Shown here: positions 62,780-64,000 of the stretch, in pieces
How positions within the stretch are numbered: position 1 is the stretch's first letter
Layout: each line of letters starts with the position of its first letter
Source: a virus
Taxonomy: Duplodnaviria; Heunggongvirae; Uroviricota; Caudoviricetes
IMG/VR virus record: IMGVR_UViG_3300013121_000049
Coordinates: 16,253 to 80,252 of that record
Length of the DNA: 64,000 nt
Reading direction: 5' to 3' (one strand)
Program-made: the position numbers and the translations under genes
Notes under the pieces: generated by a model
Seen by the model: only the letters and a program-made list of their open reading frames with translations
What the model was told of the DNA's origin: nothing
The model's database searches: none

Positions 62780-63433
62780 TTACCAGCCGGAGGCCAGGAC
62801 CTGGTCGGTGCTGTGCTGCACATAGGCGGCGGCTTCCACCGGATCCACGCCGCGCGCCACCAGCTCGTGAATGGCGCCGGCCTGAGCCTGCTTCACGATC
62901 TGATCGGCTTCCACGGCTTCGGCGGCCTTGATCGCCCAGGTGGCTTCGTCGAGGGTCGCCCCTTCGGCCATCAGCTGGTTGATCTGGGCAGCCTTCTGCA
63001 TGTTGTCCTGTTCGATCGCCATATTGCTCTCGGCGGCCTTCAGGAAACCGTAGGCTTCGTCCACGCTGTAACCGCGCTGCACGAAGTCAGCGATGGCGGC
63101 AGCTTTCTGGACTTCCGGGTGCTCGCCGACAGAGCCCATCGCAGCGCCATTCGGGGCGGCTGGGATCTGGAAGGAACCGCCTTCACCCAGCTGGTCGATC
63201 TGGGCATTGACGGCGCCGCTGGCGATGCCTTGCAGGATAAGGTCCTTCAAGGTACCGGTGATGGTTTCGCCCGTACGCGGAGTAGCGGGCTGGCTGACCA
63301 TTTGATCAGCGATCATCTGGTCGGATTGGGTGATCGTGGCATTCGCTTGCTTGCCCAGACCAGTGGCTTCGCCACCCAGGCCGGCCAGCAATTGGGAAGT
63401 GAGTTCCCGAGCACGGGCGTGAACGTCGTTCAT
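62780..63433 (-). CDS. Scaffold-like protein with three internal helical repeats and six K-x-A motifs
   Basis: QKAAAIADFVQRGYSVDEA / QKAAQINQLMAEGATLDEA / KQAQAGAIHELVARGVDPVEA. Confidence 0.6.
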   Translation of the reverse strand: MNDVHARARELTSQLLAGLGGEATGLGKQANATITQSDQMIADQMVSQPATPRTGETITGTLKDLILQGIASGAVNAQIDQLGEGGSFQIPAAPNGAAMGSVGEHPEVQKAAAIADFVQRGYSVDEAYGFLKAAESNMAIEQDNMQKAAQINQLMAEGATLDEATWAIKAAEAVEADQIVKQAQAGAIHELVARGVDPVEAAAYVQHSTDQVLASGW

Positions 63434-63450
63434 CTTGAGATCCTCGTAGA

Positions 63451-64000
63451 CTACTGTTTCAACCTGGACAGGTCGGCCAGAGCCACGCCATCCAGAAGGG
63501 ATTCGACAACAGGATACGTGTGGGCATACTTGACCTGACCCGCATCATAGCCTGATTTTAGCCCAGATTTCGCAGCCACCAAGGAGTGTAGCAAAAAACG
63601 GGCAACCAAAGCTCCACCCGCAAGCGCCAGAATGTGATCCAGGATGCTTGCCGACGGCGGAGGTGCTGCTGGACGGATCGGAGGAATCGACCCGTATTGC
63701 ACACCGGGAGACGGGACATACCCGAAGGGGATGTCTTCCGTAAAATAGGCGCGCTTCTCCACGGCGGACGGGTGGATAGACCCCTCCGCCAGATACTTGG
63801 AGAGTTCTCGCAAAAGATCCCGGTTGGCAGGCTCTTCCCGAACTTCGGGGACCAGAGTCACGGCGCTCTGCGGAATGTCTTGCAGGGAGATGCTGGAGAT
63901 GGCCGCCCCGACTTGCTTGCCCACTTCCTCCTTGGGCGACACCCCGTGCTCCTGTGCGATGAGTTCCGCCAGGAATTCCAGAGAAGGGACCAAGTGCAGT
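63451..64000 (-). CDS. Head-cluster protein, C-terminal part (partial)
   Basis: Frame is open beyond the window edge; KRA and KYA motifs. Confidence 0.55.
   Translation of the reverse strand, partial: LHLVPSLEFLAELIAQEHGVSPKEEVGKQVGAAISSISLQDIPQSAVTLVPEVREEPANRDLLRELSKYLAEGSIHPSAVEKRAYFTEDIPFGYVPSPGVQYGSIPPIRPAAPPPSASILDHILALAGGALVARFLLHSLVAAKSGLKSGYDAGQVKYAHTYPVVESLLDGVALADLSRLKQ

Noticed and set aside
1-64000. Portal, prohead protease, DNA polymerase/helicase, integrase, tRNAs, holin/endolysin
   Set aside because: No recognisable motifs in this window; presumably encoded elsewhere in the genome.

Overview
This window is part of the genome of a large, GC-rich, contractile-tailed (myovirus-like, probably jumbo) bacteriophage. 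There is no host chromosome, rRNA, tRNA or CRISPR array. It has three blocks. (1) 1-18984 is almost all minus strand and holds late/structural genes: baseplate J-like and gp25-like proteins, a sigma-70-family factor, a baseplate hub fused to a lytic transglycosylase, a stand-alone fragment of the RNA polymerase beta-prime Zn site, the tape measure protein, a tail chaperone pair joined by a -1 slippery site, the large terminase and small putative head proteins. (2) 19063-48308 is a plus-strand early/accessory island of about 60 short, mostly translationally coupled ORFs. Recognisable ones are NinX/DUF2591, Nmad5, DUF4262, an RNAP alpha-CTD-like protein, a MazG-like protein and a PAPS-reductase-like protein. 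The island is punctuated by at least 12 GGTATAAG promoter motifs (a 13th precedes the plus-strand gene at 14323) and by terminators, and it contains an origin-like iteron/inverted-repeat region at about 25.3-25.7 kb. (3) 48378-64000 is minus strand and holds spike, tube, sheath (with five inserted repeats), neck genes, a stand-alone PAS domain, Ala/Gly-rich K-x-A proteins, the major capsid protein and scaffold-like proteins. The most striking unexplained pattern is an 11-residue signature, N-x-[YF]-[LI]-x-x-M-x-K-x-A. It begins six otherwise dissimilar proteins, including an antisense InPase-domain gene buried in the early island, and recurs inside one of them. It looks like a capsid-targeting/protease-cleavage address label. 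All family assignments come from motif recognition by eye; no searches were run.
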